This document shows, piece after piece, positions 11,601 through 23,044 of a DNA stretch of 64,000 bases (its first letter is position 1; every line of letters begins with the position of its first letter). A program made the translations under genes and the position numbers. The notes under the pieces were generated by a model. That model was given only the letters and a program-made list of their open reading frames with translations. It searched no databases and had not been told where the DNA came from. Origin of the DNA: Caecitellus pseudoparvulus (lineage: Eukaryota > Protista > Bigyra: Bicosoecida); the NCBI GenBank assembly GCA_965644315.1, contig CBFFRQ010000067.1, positions 620,001-684,000 of the forward strand, read 5' to 3'.

Positions 11601-13098
11601 AGCCCTGTCTTTGGCTTCCGTGGCATGCACAACGTCTTCACTCTTTGTGCACGACATCTGGATCCCCAACATGGTGGTGGAGTGCTGCCTGAGCCTCCCA
11701 GTCATGTGCACTCTCTACGCAGTGCACCGGAACATTCTGGACTGCCCAGCTCGGCACCTGCCTGAGTGGTTGCTGGGACGCCTTGGTGTGAATAGCCCCT
11801 TTCGTGACAAAGCTGGGAGCTGCTTTATCGTAGTTCAGGGAGTTCTTGCGGGCATCGTCGTGCTCCTCCTCCTCCTGCACTCCCTCCTCATCATGCAGGT
11901 CGCTGGCGCTTGCAAGGGATTTTGCGCTGCGAGCGCAGCCAGTGGCGGTCTCATGACAGGTGCAAACTTGGATCTGACGACGTATCACTCGGCAGCTCTC
12001 CACCAAGTTGGACTGCTTGTGTTGAGTGAAGTCTTGATGTTGCCACTGTCCCTCCTGGCACCGCTTCAAGTGGCTCTCAGCGTGGTGGTGAGCCTGTCCC
12101 TCGCGATGCGCAGCGGCCCGAATTGGGAGTGGGCCGTTGGGTGGGTACTGATGAATGCCACACTTGGTCTGCTCGTCGTGCGCTCTAATGAGACGCGGAA
12201 GCGCAAGGACTTCTTCCTGAACTTTGTCTCAGAGGAAGGGACGAAAGAGACGCTCAACATGCTGTTCGCCATGCTTCCTGCGACGTTTGCCCAGCCACTG
12301 CTTGAAGCCTTGCAGCAGCACCATGGAGACAGCCACGACGAGGGACAGCCTTCAAGGCAATCCTACGCGTTGTCCTGCTGGGGCCTATCCAAGACGTCCC
12401 CAGTGCAACCGGTCTTGCCGTCAAGCTCAGAGCCTCCCTGCGTGCCTCTCCGTGGAGAGCGGGTGCACCCAGCGCCCCCACCTGCTCCCCTCCTGACGGC
12501 CCCAGCCCACCAAGCTTCCACGCAATCAGTGGCCCTGCTGATGTTCGACCTCGTAGGCTTCACGAAGCTCTCGGCGGCCATCGGCCCCCACCGACTTGTT
12601 TCCCTGCTGGACAAGCTGTACGCATCGTTTGACCGCATCGTGTCCAAGCGCGAAGCGTACAAGGTGGAGACGATTGGTGACGCGTTCCTCGTCTGTTGCG
12701 GAGCACCCATTCCAGTACCACCCTCGAAATCGGCCGTCATTGTCGCCAAGTGCGCCGTGGACATGCTCCGCAAGCTGTCCAGCATGGAGGCCCCGCGTGG
12801 CCACACGCTGCAAGCACGCATCGGTATCCACGTGGGGCAGGTCATGGCCGGCGTAATCGGCTCACAAATGCCTCGGTACCAGCTTTTTGGAAAGGCGGTG
12901 GACCACGCCATGCTCATGGAGAGCAGTGGCCAGCCAGGCAGAGTGCATGCCTCTGCAGCCATACTGCCCTACTTGGAGGATTGCCCGCTGCTGGCCGTTG
13001 AGGAAGCTCTGGACGATGGATCTGCATTCATCGGTATGGCCCCGTCCAGCTCAAGGCGCCGACGGCTGGGCAGCTTCTCGCTGGACAGCTTGTCGTGA
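8668..13098 (+). CDS. Membrane class III nucleotide cyclase, TM-C1-TM-C2 architecture, probably guanylyl-type (5 introns)
   Basis: C1: VFKVETIGSEYMVVSG, IGINSG, PRWKLFGDTVNTASRMKS, IKGKGLMQTF. C2: MFDLVGFTKLS, YKVETIGDAF, RIGIHVGQVMAGVIG, PRYQLFG. Two hydrophobic blocks. Start codon uncertain. Confidence 0.9.
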
Positions 13099-13176
13099 AA
13101 ATACAGTCTTTCATGCAAGTTGCTTTGAATGCCGACTGCCCGCGCAGCTCCTCTTCTTGGCACCGCCGCACCCCCA

Positions 13177-14502
13177 TCAGTGTTTCCTCTTCCCTGGAGT
13201 GACTTTCGGGGTAGCAGGTCGCTCCTGTCGCATTGCACGGGCCCGCTGTGTGCGCTCCTTGAACACTTGCGGCCTGTAGCTGGACTCCACCGCTCTGGTG
13301 ATGCGGCGCCCGACGGCTCGCAGGCGGTAGTACTGCGCCATGACAAACCAGTACGAGCTGCGCTGCACCAGCTGTTCGTGGATTTCCTCTGCTTTGTGCA
13401 GGGCTTTATGGTACGTGTCTGTGCAGGAAGCGGGTGGGGTGAAGGCGTCAGGCAAGCGCGCGTGTAAGGCGCAGTGTCCGCATAGCCGCCTGCCACGCAC
13501 GGTGCTCGCTCTCAATGCTGACGAAGATCCCATGCAAGAGACGAATGGCTCGCCATGAAAGGACAGCGACGAGAAACCCAGCTGCGCAAGAAGCGGGGGG
13601 CCGGCGTGCGTGCAAAGTGCGCTCGGCGGCTACAAGCGGGCGCAGCTCACCCGCAGTACTCGAGATGGCAGTTTCGAGCACCAGCGCCACGACGATGACG
13701 ACGAAGTCCACCATAAGCGCATACTTTCGGCAGTAACCGCGACCTGCACGCAAGGCGCAGGCAAGGGGTGCAGGCTGCGGCGGAACGAAGGCGGCAGCTC
13801 ATGCACTCACCCAGTGCGTACATGAGCAGAAACTGCTGCACGAGGAACACACACAGGATGGAGACAGAGGTCCAGTGCAGAGCAGCTTCAATGTGGTGCA
13901 CGACTTCGTTCTGGTGCTCCACTTCGCCCTCAACGGAGTCCCCCGTTCCCGACATGCGGCGATGTCCGCCACTGCCGTGAGTGGACACTTCACACACGTT
14001 GGCCAGCATCAGCTCACACGCCACCGCGACGACGTCGATGATGATGAGGAACAAGTTGACCAGCGTCACGCGGTGGCTTTCCAGGAAATTGGCAAGCTTC
14101 AGGCGGCAGGAGCGCTCACGCTGACCTTCCTTCACTCCCCACGTGATGGCTTGTGACTCGATGTCAGCATCGGTGTACCGGTTGAAGTCATCAGCCGTCA
14201 TTTTGGAGACAGTGGGCTTGCCCTTGATAAGGGCTGCCCGGTGGCCCTTTGGGCTCAGCTCGAAAGCTGCGGCAACAGCGACAGCACAGGTGCGGCACCA
14301 CTCTCGCAGCCTGGCCACTCGCTCCCTCACCTGTGGCAGCTTCAATCACACCGGCAGCTTGTCTGTCTCTCATGGTCTGGGAACCGCGACGTGGCTCTCT
14401 GGCCGCCCCTGCAACAATTGGCTTCAGTGTTCTGTCCTGGGTTGACGAGCCTTCCAGCGGATTGGCCGCGATGCCCTGCCGGCCATGCTTTGCTTCAGCC
14501 AT
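13177..14502 (-). CDS. Voltage-gated proton channel (Hv1-like voltage-sensor-only protein; 4 introns)
   Basis: S0/S1 FLESHRV..FLIIIDVVAVACEL, S2 LHWTSVSILCVF, S3 VDFVVIVVALVLE, S4 LSWRAIRLLHG; no pore domain follows. Confidence 0.85.
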
Positions 14503-15064
14503 GCTGGGCTGATTGCGGAAAATGAAGCCCACCTACACCCAGCAAAGCACTCGACAGCCTGCGCAAGGCAACGAGAATACTGGTGGAAATCATACCAAAC
14601 ATGGTATTCTATGCAATCCCCGCACGTGCGCTCTGTGCAGGGACGCCACTGCTCACCTGGGGCCCGGTGCTGCACTTCGTGAGGTGTCTTGTAATCCGCG
14701 CCGGGGTTCCACAGCTCGATGCAAACAACAGCGTGCCAGATCAGGTCGTGTGCAGGCAGAGAAAGGGGTCGCCAATTTCAGAAGGCAAAACTAGGAATGG
14801 AGTGGCGGGTGGTGAAAAGGGAAGTGCCGAGCACACTTGTTGGTGTTGCGATTTCTGCCGGTGTCATGGTCGACACATCTGCCTCTATCGCCACACTGAC
14901 ACAGCAAAGCTCAGCGTGCCAAATATCGCAATGCGAATAACCTGCAGGGTATTTGCAGTGGTTCCACCTTCTTCTCGTAACCCGTCGCATTTAGCTGGGT
15001 TTCCTTCCCCCGGCAGACGCGTTTCTCTCGCGTTTCATTGGCAAAACTTGCGGCGCCTGGACAC

Positions 15065-15715
15065 ATGGCAGAGGAATCTGCTGAGCTAAGCAGGGCCCTC
15101 AAGCTGCTGCGTCTCGCTGTCAAGTACTCGACTGCCATTGATTGTGCTCTGCGCGATGCGGCTCATGACGTGGCGGCCGCCTCAGCGCAAGGGCACGCCT
15201 CCCAAGCCAGGCTCTTCACTGGTTCGTTGCAGCCTGGGCTGGTGGTGCAGCGCGATGCAGCCGGCATGCTGCACCTCGTTCCCCCATCACTTCCTCTGGA
15301 AACTACCATGCCATGCGAAGTGCCAGCTCGGGCTGAAGGCATGCGGCGGCGGGGCCGTGCCGCCCAATCTGCGCCGGCTGGCTCTGCCTCTGCAGTGCCC
15401 GCAGGGCAGGGAGAGGCTGCTGTGCCGGCACACGATCCACAAAACTCACACCCCTTGGGTTTGGAACACTTGGTGGGGCGGGACTGCCCTGCTGGAATGC
15501 GGCTGGCGGCGGGCCGGGGGCGTATTGCGCTGAAACTCGCTGTGCGCCTGGCCAATTTGCGCGGCGTGACGTGTCCCAGGCAGCTGGACATGGGGTCAGT
15601 CCCGCGACTGCCAGGCGAGAGACTGGAGCTGGCTGCTCCTGTCTGTGACGTGGAAGCGCTGCCGGAGCCTGGGCGCGTGAAGGACGTGACTGTGAGGTTG
15701 GAAGGTGCTGGGTGA
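15065..15715 (+). CDS. Hypothetical protein (~216 aa)
   Basis: ATG-initiated ORF filling the gap between the Hv promoter region and SMC3, with plausible composition; no motif recognised. Confidence 0.5.
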   Translation: MAEESAELSRALKLLRLAVKYSTAIDCALRDAAHDVAAASAQGHASQARLFTGSLQPGLVVQRDAAGMLHLVPPSLPLETTMPCEVPARAEGMRRRGRAAQSAPAGSASAVPAGQGEAAVPAHDPQNSHPLGLEHLVGRDCPAGMRLAAGRGRIALKLAVRLANLRGVTCPRQLDMGSVPRLPGERLELAAPVCDVEALPEPGRVKDVTVRLEGAG

Positions 15716-15916
15716 AGGGGCGTTGCCAATTCACCGGCGGCACACAATTCAGACACCGCGCCATCTATGGAGTGCGCGGGCTTCGTGCAAACGCCTGAAC
15801 GGAGCTCCCCCCTGCTCCCCTTTCTGGGCTCTGCTGCTGCAGCAGGGTCGCCGGCGCGGCTTGCGCGTTTTGCCTGCGTTTCGGGCTGCTCTCGCCTGCG
15901 GCACTTTTGACGCGCC

Positions 15917-18900
15917 ATGCACATCAAGCGCATCACCATCAGCGGCTTCAAGTCGTACAAGGAGGCGGTCGTGTTGGACGACATCAGTCCCCGACACAGC
16001 GTTGTCCGTGCGTGCAGCCTGCGGTGCTGCACAGCCGCCTGGCCCTGACGGCTTCAAATGCTCCGGCGCAGTTGGCAAGAATGGGTCTGGCAAGTCCACT
16101 GTGTTTGAGGGTGCGTACTGCCCGCTGGCGCGCGCTAGGCCCTGCCACGCACCACCTGATCACCCACATGGATCGCAGCTGTGAAGTTCGTCCTGTCGGC
16201 GCACATCCGGGACCTGCGCGTGTCGAGCAACGAGGATCTGCTGCATGTGAGCAGTGCGCGCTCGGCGTTTGAAGCGCCCAGCGCCAGGCAACATAGCAGG
16301 TGCTTCACGCGCCCCGGCGCCCTCAACCTGCGCAGCAAAACGAGACACGCACAGAAAAGATCACAAGCGCCTATGTGGAGATCGTCTTTGACAACTCCGA
16401 CGGCCGCATCCCAGTGCGTGCGAGGCGCAGCTCTGAGCTGGCGTTTCATCCTCGCACACCCTCGCCTGCCCTCTCACACTCCTTGCCACAGCAAGACACT
16501 GGCGAAGTTGTCATCCGCCGGGCCATCGGGCAGAAGAAGGACGAGTTTTTCATCAACCACAAGCACGTCTCCAGGGTGCGTCGTGCAGGCGTTGACGCCC
16601 CTCGCTCTCCACTGCGCAGCTCAAACACCGCTCAAAACCGCGGCCCTCGCGCAGGCTGACGTGACGCAAATGCTGGAGAGCGCGGGCTTCAGCCAGAGCA
16701 ATCCCTACTACATCGTGCAGCAGGGGCGTGTGCAAGAGCTCTGCACGATGCGCGACACGGACCGCCTGGCCATGCTGAAACGCGTAGCTGGCACGTCAGT
16801 GTATGACGCCAAGCGGCAGGAGTCACTGCACATCCTGGAAGAGAACCTGGGCAAACGCAGCCACATCGACGAAGTCATCGCATACCTCGAGGAGCGCCTG
16901 CGCGACCTGTCTGCGGAGCGCTCAGAGCTGACTGCCTGGCAGGCACTGGATCGCCGCCGCCGTGCCATCGAGTACGCACTGCACTCCAAGGAGCTGGCGA
17001 CAGCCAAGCGCCACCTGGACGACCTGGCCCACGTGCGTGAGGAGGAGGCGGGGCAGGAGTTCTCCCTGCAGGCAGAGATGACGCAATTGTCCCACGACCA
17101 GGCTGAGGTTGCCGGGCAGCTGGAGGTGCTGCAAGCACGTCTGAAGGCGGCACAGGAGGAGCGAGAGGCACTGACCGCTGCCCTGGCGCCCCTGACGGCC
17201 ACGAGGGTGCAGACAGAGGGCGCTGTGGCGGAGCTGCGTGCAGCTGTGGCAGAGGATGTGGAGGGTGAGGCGTCAGCTGCCGCCGCGCTGGACCGTGTGC
17301 GAGGCGAGATGCGGGGGCTGGAGGAGCAGTTGGCAACTGCCCTGCGTCCAGCGTACGCCGAGGCAGAGGCTGCGTACGTGGCCGCCAAGGCCGCCGCTGA
17401 CGCCAACACTGCGGACATGGACGCCCTGTATGAGCGGGCTGGTCGCTCAGCCCAGTTCGACTCGGCAGAGGCCCGCGACGCCTGGATCGCAGAGCGCAGT
17501 GCCGAGCTGCAGAGCAGCATTCGCAGCAAGGAGAGCGGCGCGGAGGCCGCTGCCGCAGAGGCAGCCGACGCGACGGCCCAGCGGGATCGCTGTCTGCAAG
17601 AGGCGGCTGCGGCGTCTGCCGAGCTGGCTGAGTGCCAGAGCCGGCTGCAGGTCGCACAGGGCGAGGCGGCCGACGTGCGTGCCAAGCTGGGCGTGGCGGT
17701 GCAGGAGGCGCGTGTGGCGCACTCTACTCTGGACGGCGCCGAGCGCCGGTTGGCAGAAGCCACAGACAGCGTGGGGCGCTGCCGCTCAGCCATGGACCGC
17801 CTGACCCCGCCCGGCGTGCGCACGGGCCTGGCTGAGCTGAAGCGTCTAGTGGAGGAGGAGGGGTGGACGGGCATCCACGGGCCGGTGCTGGACATCGTGC
17901 GGGCGGCAGACTCGCGATTTGACATCGCGACGGAGGTCATCGGGCGCAACCAGCTGTTCAACGTGGTGGTGGACAATGTGGAGGTGGCTGCGCGGTGCAT
18001 CACACACCTCACCACCCACAAACGCGGGCGCGTGACATTCATCCCCCTGGATGCGGTGGACCCCCCCGCCATGCACGTGCCTGCAAACCAAGAGGACTGC
18101 CTGCCCCTCATGGACAAGCTGACCTTCGAGGAACACCTGAAGCCGGCGGTCTTGTCCGTGTTCGGCCGTGCTCTCCTGTGCCGGGACCTGACCATTGCGC
18201 GCAAGTATGCTGCGGAATCCGGGATGAACTGCGTCACCCTGGACGGCGACGAAGTCAGCGGGAAAGGCGTCATCTACGGCGGTTTCCAGAGCGTCCGTGA
18301 AAACCGCCTTGCAAACCGGCGGTCGCTGCAAACCGCCAGCGCTGAGTTGGACGCCGCCACAGAGGCGGTGACGGCGGCGCAGCAGACTGTTCTGCGGTGC
18401 GACCAAGCCTCCACGGCCCTGCGCGGACAGCTGGAAGCGCTCACGGAACGACAGGCGTCTGCTCGCAAGCGGCTGGAAGAGTGCCGTGGCAACGAGGCAG
18501 CGCTGACGGCAGACGCCGCTGCACTGACTGCCCAGCACGAGCGTGCGACAGCCCGGGCCGCTCGCTTGACGGGTGAAGTGGAAGCCCTGTCTGCACAGCT
18601 GGCGTCCCTACAAGAGGAGCTGGGCACAGCTCTGATGTCAGGCATGCCTGCCGCGCAGCGCAAGCAGCTGGTGGCACTGCAGAGCCGTGCACAGGAGCTG
18701 GCGGCGGGCGTGGCGGCAGCCCTGACGGCGCGGGACGCGGCACGAGCAGCCAAGGCCGCCGCAGAAGCGGAGTTGACTGAGAACCTGCGCAAGCAGGAGG
18801 AGAACCTCCTTTCACAGATGTCTGTGGAGGGCGGCGGCACCGGCGGCACCGGCGCTGAAGAAGCCTCACGACGGCGGGCAGACCTCGCGGCAGCGGAGGA

Positions 18901-20260
18901 GGCGGCAGCCGCCGCGGCCAATGAGGAGGCCGACACTCGTCGGCGCCTGGGCACGGTGGTGGACAATGTGGACACTCTGCAAGGGCAGGTGGCGGAGTGC
19001 CAGGAGAGTCTGGAAGGCATCAACAGCAACCTCAGCGGCATCGCCGACCGCTTGGCGCGCACGAGCCGCCACACGGAGAAAATTCTCCAGAAGCGCGCCA
19101 CTGCCGTGCGCCAGCGTGATGCCGCCATGCGGGCCATTCGGGCGTTGGGGGCCCTGCCTGCTGAGCTGGGCGATTTCGAGGGCAAGTCCCGGAAAGTCCT
19201 GCTGCAGGCGCTGGAAGACGTGTCGCAGTCCCTGAAAGCCTTCGACCACGTGAACAAGAAGGCCCTGGACCAGTTCGCGAACTTCTCCGAACAGCGGGAA
19301 GCGCTTGTGGCGCGCCGTGAGGAGCTGGCGCGCGCCAGCAGCCGCATCCACGAGCTGGTCGCGCACCTGGACGCGAAGAAGGACGAGGCAATCCTGCGCA
19401 CATTCAAGGGCGTCGCGCGCCACTTCAAGGCCGTCTTCGCGGAGCTCGTGCCCAAGGGCTCCGGCACCATCCTCATCAAGCGCTCCATCGACCCCGCTGA
19501 TGAAGACGAGGATGTGGCCGGCGACCGCAGCGTCGTGACGGAGTCGTTCGCTGGGTCAGAGGCGGCGGCCGGCGCTGCGGCGAGCGAAGAGGCCCCCGCC
19601 TCGGCGGTCAGCTCGGACATTGCCCGTCTGGCCAAGCGCGTGGACTCCTTCCGAGGCGTGGCCATCAAGGTGTCCTTCACTGACGCCGGGGAGAGCCAGA
19701 ACATGAAACGGCTGTCCGGCGGGCAAAAGGCCCTGGTGGCGCTGGCACTCATCTTCGCCATTCAGCGCTGCGACCCCGCGCCGTTCTACCTGTTCGACGA
19801 GATTGATGCGGCATTGGACGACACCCACCGGGCAGCAGTGGCCAACCTCGTGCACCGGCAGTCTCTGGCTGAGGAGAACCCTGCCCAGTTCATCACGAGC
19901 ACGTTCCGCCCTGAGCTGGTGCACGTGGCAGATGCCGTGTACGGAGTGCTTCACCAGCACGGCGTGTCCCACGTCATCACCCAGAGCCGCGAGGAGGCAC
20001 TTGCTTTCATCCACACCATTCACGCCGAGGGCGGCGGGGTGGCGCCACAAGGCACCAAGACACCTGCTGCTTCAAACGGCACCCTGGCCCGCCTGCCAAC
20101 GTCAGCCATGGCTGACCTTGACGACTCACCCGCCAAGGCCTCCTCACCCGCCAAAGCAGCAGCTGCTGCAGGAGAGGCAGGGAGCAGTGATGAGGAGGGC
20201 GCTGCGTTGGAGAGCAAGCAGCCCAGCCCGCCTCGCCGCAGCAAACGCTCCCGCAGGTGA
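15917..20260 (+). CDS. SMC3: Cohesin subunit SMC3 (5 introns at the 5' end)
   Basis: MHIKRITISGFKSYK, Walker A GKNGSGKS, SAYVEIVFDNSDGRIP, acetylation site IGQKKDEF, LESAGFSQSNPYYIVQQG, hinge GRVTFIPL, LSGGQKALVALALIFAIQRCDPAPFYLFDEID. Confidence 0.97.
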
Positions 20261-20327
20261 ATGGGGCCTGCGCTGCACCTGGGCAATGCATCCTGTCGCG
20301 CTCACTGCATTGCATTGCCAGGCACAC

Positions 20328-21581
20328 TCACCGCCCTCGTGAACCGCCCTCCCGCTCCACTCTGGGCGAAGGTGTGCGTTGTTGCAGACGTGCCAGTGCC
20401 GCAGCTGGCGGGTGTTGAGCGGCCACTTGCAGAACGCGCGACGTGTCAGGCCCAGCCAGGAAACGCACGAGGGGCACCTTGAGGCAGGGAAACGTGCTGG
20501 ACAGCACACCCAGGGCCATCACCCCCGCATCAATGTGCACGTGCACTGGCCCGCCGACGCTCTGCACGGTGCGTGCGATGGCTCGGGCGACGGTGGCGGG
20601 GGACACGCGGCTGGTGAGAAAGTGGCGGTGAATCGTGGCTGGCGTTGCCTGGGACGTCACAAAAGGCGTCTCGACGGCGGGGGGGATGACGTCACACACG
20701 CTGATGTCCAGGGGCGCCCACTCCAGCGCCAGCGTCTCCGTCAGTGCCCGTTGTGCGGCCTTGCTCGCGGCGTACGCCCCGTACTCGGGCAGCGCCCAAG
20801 GGTAGCACGTAGCCGACCCGACAGACAGCAGGCGGGACGCAGGCGTGACTTTCAGCAAGGGCAGGAAGGTGTGGCACAGGCGCACCATGCCGCTGGCGTT
20901 GACTTCCATGGCCAACAAGTGTGCCGCCAACGGCACATCCTCAAACAGGCCTTCGTTCGCGGCACCTGCAGCGGTCACGAGGGCATCCAGGCGGGGCGTG
21001 AGGTGGTCAGAGTCAGACGACTGCAGGCCCAGGCCACGCTGGGCCTGCACGCGCAGTACGTGCGCAGCCAGATCCTGCACAGACGCGTCACTGGTCAGGT
21101 CCACAGTGCAAGTGCTGCTGCGCCCCACCCCCAGCTCATGCTGCAGGTCCGACAGTGCTTCCGCGTTAAGGTCGGCCAGCACGACGAAGAAACCCTCTTG
21201 CACCAGTGCACGCGCGGTGTGGCTGCCTATGCCCCCCGCGGCCCCAACCACCAGTGCGATGGGCTGGCCGTGGGCTCGTTTGGGCGAGGCAGGCCAGCCG
21301 AATGCGAGGCAGCCCGCAAGCAGGAGAGGCAGCAGGGCGCCAAGGATCAACGCATGCACTGCAGCGTCTGACACCTCATGAGCATCAAGCAGTCCCGTGC
21401 CAACCACAGCTGTGGCGACAGCGTCAAGCACCGTGCGGTGCAGTGCTGCCGCGGTCTGCATTTTGCGGAGCGCCTGCGGAAACTGATCCCTTCCGCCACC
21501 ACGCTGCTCCGTGCCTGCAGCGAGTACCTCAACAGAACGTTCTGATGCAAAGGAAAGCACCTTCAGCATCGTCAGGGGCAT
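20328..21581 (-). CDS. Short-chain dehydrogenase/reductase with N-terminal TM segment
   Basis: VVGAAGGIG Rossmann motif, VDLT, AAG, catalytic YAASK; start uncertain. Confidence 0.88.
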   Translation of the reverse strand: MPLTMLKVLSFASERSVEVLAAGTEQRGGGRDQFPQALRKMQTAAALHRTVLDAVATAVVGTGLLDAHEVSDAAVHALILGALLPLLLAGCLAFGWPASPKRAHGQPIALVVGAAGGIGSHTARALVQEGFFVVLADLNAEALSDLQHELGVGRSSTCTVDLTSDASVQDLAAHVLRVQAQRGLGLQSSDSDHLTPRLDALVTAAGAANEGLFEDVPLAAHLLAMEVNASGMVRLCHTFLPLLKVTPASRLLSVGSATCYPWALPEYGAYAASKAAQRALTETLALEWAPLDISVCDVIPPAVETPFVTSQATPATIHRHFLTSRVSPATVARAIARTVQSVGGPVHVHIDAGVMALGVLSSTFPCLKVPLVRFLAGPDTSRVLQVAAQHPPAAALARLQQRTPSPRVEREGGSRGR

Positions 21582-21621
21582 TGCATTTTTAGCGGCCTGC
21601 GCCTGCCGCGTGTCTGCTGCT

Positions 21622-22953
21622 CTAGGATGCGCCGGCCCCTTCCACCCTGCGTCGCTTGGCACGCGACGCTGGCTCCAAGGGCTCTGGCGCACCGGGTGGT
21701 GACGGCAGGCTGTCCATGTGCTGCACACTACCAAATGGCGCCTCCACGCCCGGGCGCAGCGCCCGCAAGATGCTGTCAGCTTGCTCTGCGAGGTCTGGAC
21801 GGGAAGCCGCAGACACCATCAGCGCAGTGGCCTGGTCCACTGCCGTGGGTGTGGCGGGGCTGACATCGCCCCCTGCGAGGAGGGTCGCGCAGAAGGTGGT
21901 GACAGCCTTTGCCAGGTCCGTGTGCTCCAGGGGGGTGTCCAGGGGGGGGTGCGTCCCGACGTGGCCTCTCGGAGCGGCCTGCAGTGCAGCCAGGGCCACC
22001 TGAGCAGGTGTGAAGAGCAGAGGGCAGTCTGTCGTCTGTGCATGGGACGGAAAGGGGAGGGGGGGTGCTTGTGGCCTGGGTGGTGGTGGGGCTGTTTCAG
22101 GCAGCGCTGCAACGCACAAGGGAGTGCATGACCAGCAACCGTGCTCTCGCGTGCAGCTCACGCCACGCCTGCAAGGGAACCTCCAAGCCAGCAGCCTGGT
22201 CCTGGGCTGTGCCTTCCGGAGCGATGGCGGCACCTGCAGACGCCCTCAGCCGAATGCCCGCTGTGTCTTTGAACTTGGCCATGAGCCCCCGCAGTGGCCT
22301 GTATGGATGGTGCAGCGTCAGGTTGAAGCGCACGCCTTGCATGAACTCCATCTCGTGCTGCACGACAGAGGACTGCTCCATGGAAAGAAACTTGGCAGCT
22401 CTAGCCAGGAAGGGCCTGGTCTCGTTGAAAGGACACGCTTCCGCCTTGATGGCCAGCGCAAGTGCAGCAGGCCTGTGCAAAACGCAGGCGAAACGTCGCC
22501 TTCCTGCAGGAATGCCGGCCTACGCTCGCACGCACACGATGTCGCCAGGGTACACGCGCGCAGGGTGCCGATGGAGGAAGTATCTCTTGAATAGCACGAC
22601 CGCTGATGCCTGCAGCACCTCGTCCATCTGCAGCGCGGCAGTCAAACGAAGGAGCACCTGCTCAAAGTGCCGCAGCACCAGCGCACTCTCCTCCTCCGTC
22701 AATGCATGTCCATCCTGAGGGGCAGATGCACACAGGGTGTGCAAGCAGAACATCACACATGTGTTCGGAATCGTGGAGCTTACCTCCTTTGCCGATTCGA
22801 ATGCCTTGCCTCGAAAAGAGCCTGTGCGCAAAGGGAGATCGAGGTGGCTGGCGCACGCTTGGCGCGAGCGCTTCGCCAAAGCGGCGCCTCACCCAGCTGC
22901 TCTGGCGTGAACTGCCACTGCTTGGCCTGGCTGCTGCCACTGAATGCCGCCAT
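21622..22953 (-). CDS. CCNH: Cyclin H (4 introns)
   Basis: Spliced reading MAAFSGSSQAKQWQFTPEQL, LTEEES, ASAVVLFKRYFL, ALAIKAE, EMEFMQGVRFNLTLHHPYRPLRG, TDCPLLFTPAQVALAAL. Confidence 0.88.
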
Positions 22954-23044
22954 GGCGACATGCCGGCCTGTCCCGCTGCAACTATTGGGTTCATTTCTCT
23001 TGTGGTGTGTTTTGTTGCGAACGCGAATCGGAAGACGAAACGGG

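Noticed and set aside
14503-15064. Lower-GC stretch as a possible RNA gene or foreign insert
   Set aside because: No tRNA or snRNA structure recognised; consistent with a divergent promoter region.
16708-19761. Long minus-strand ORFs (521 and 495 aa)
   Set aside because: Antisense shadows of SMC3 caused by codon bias.
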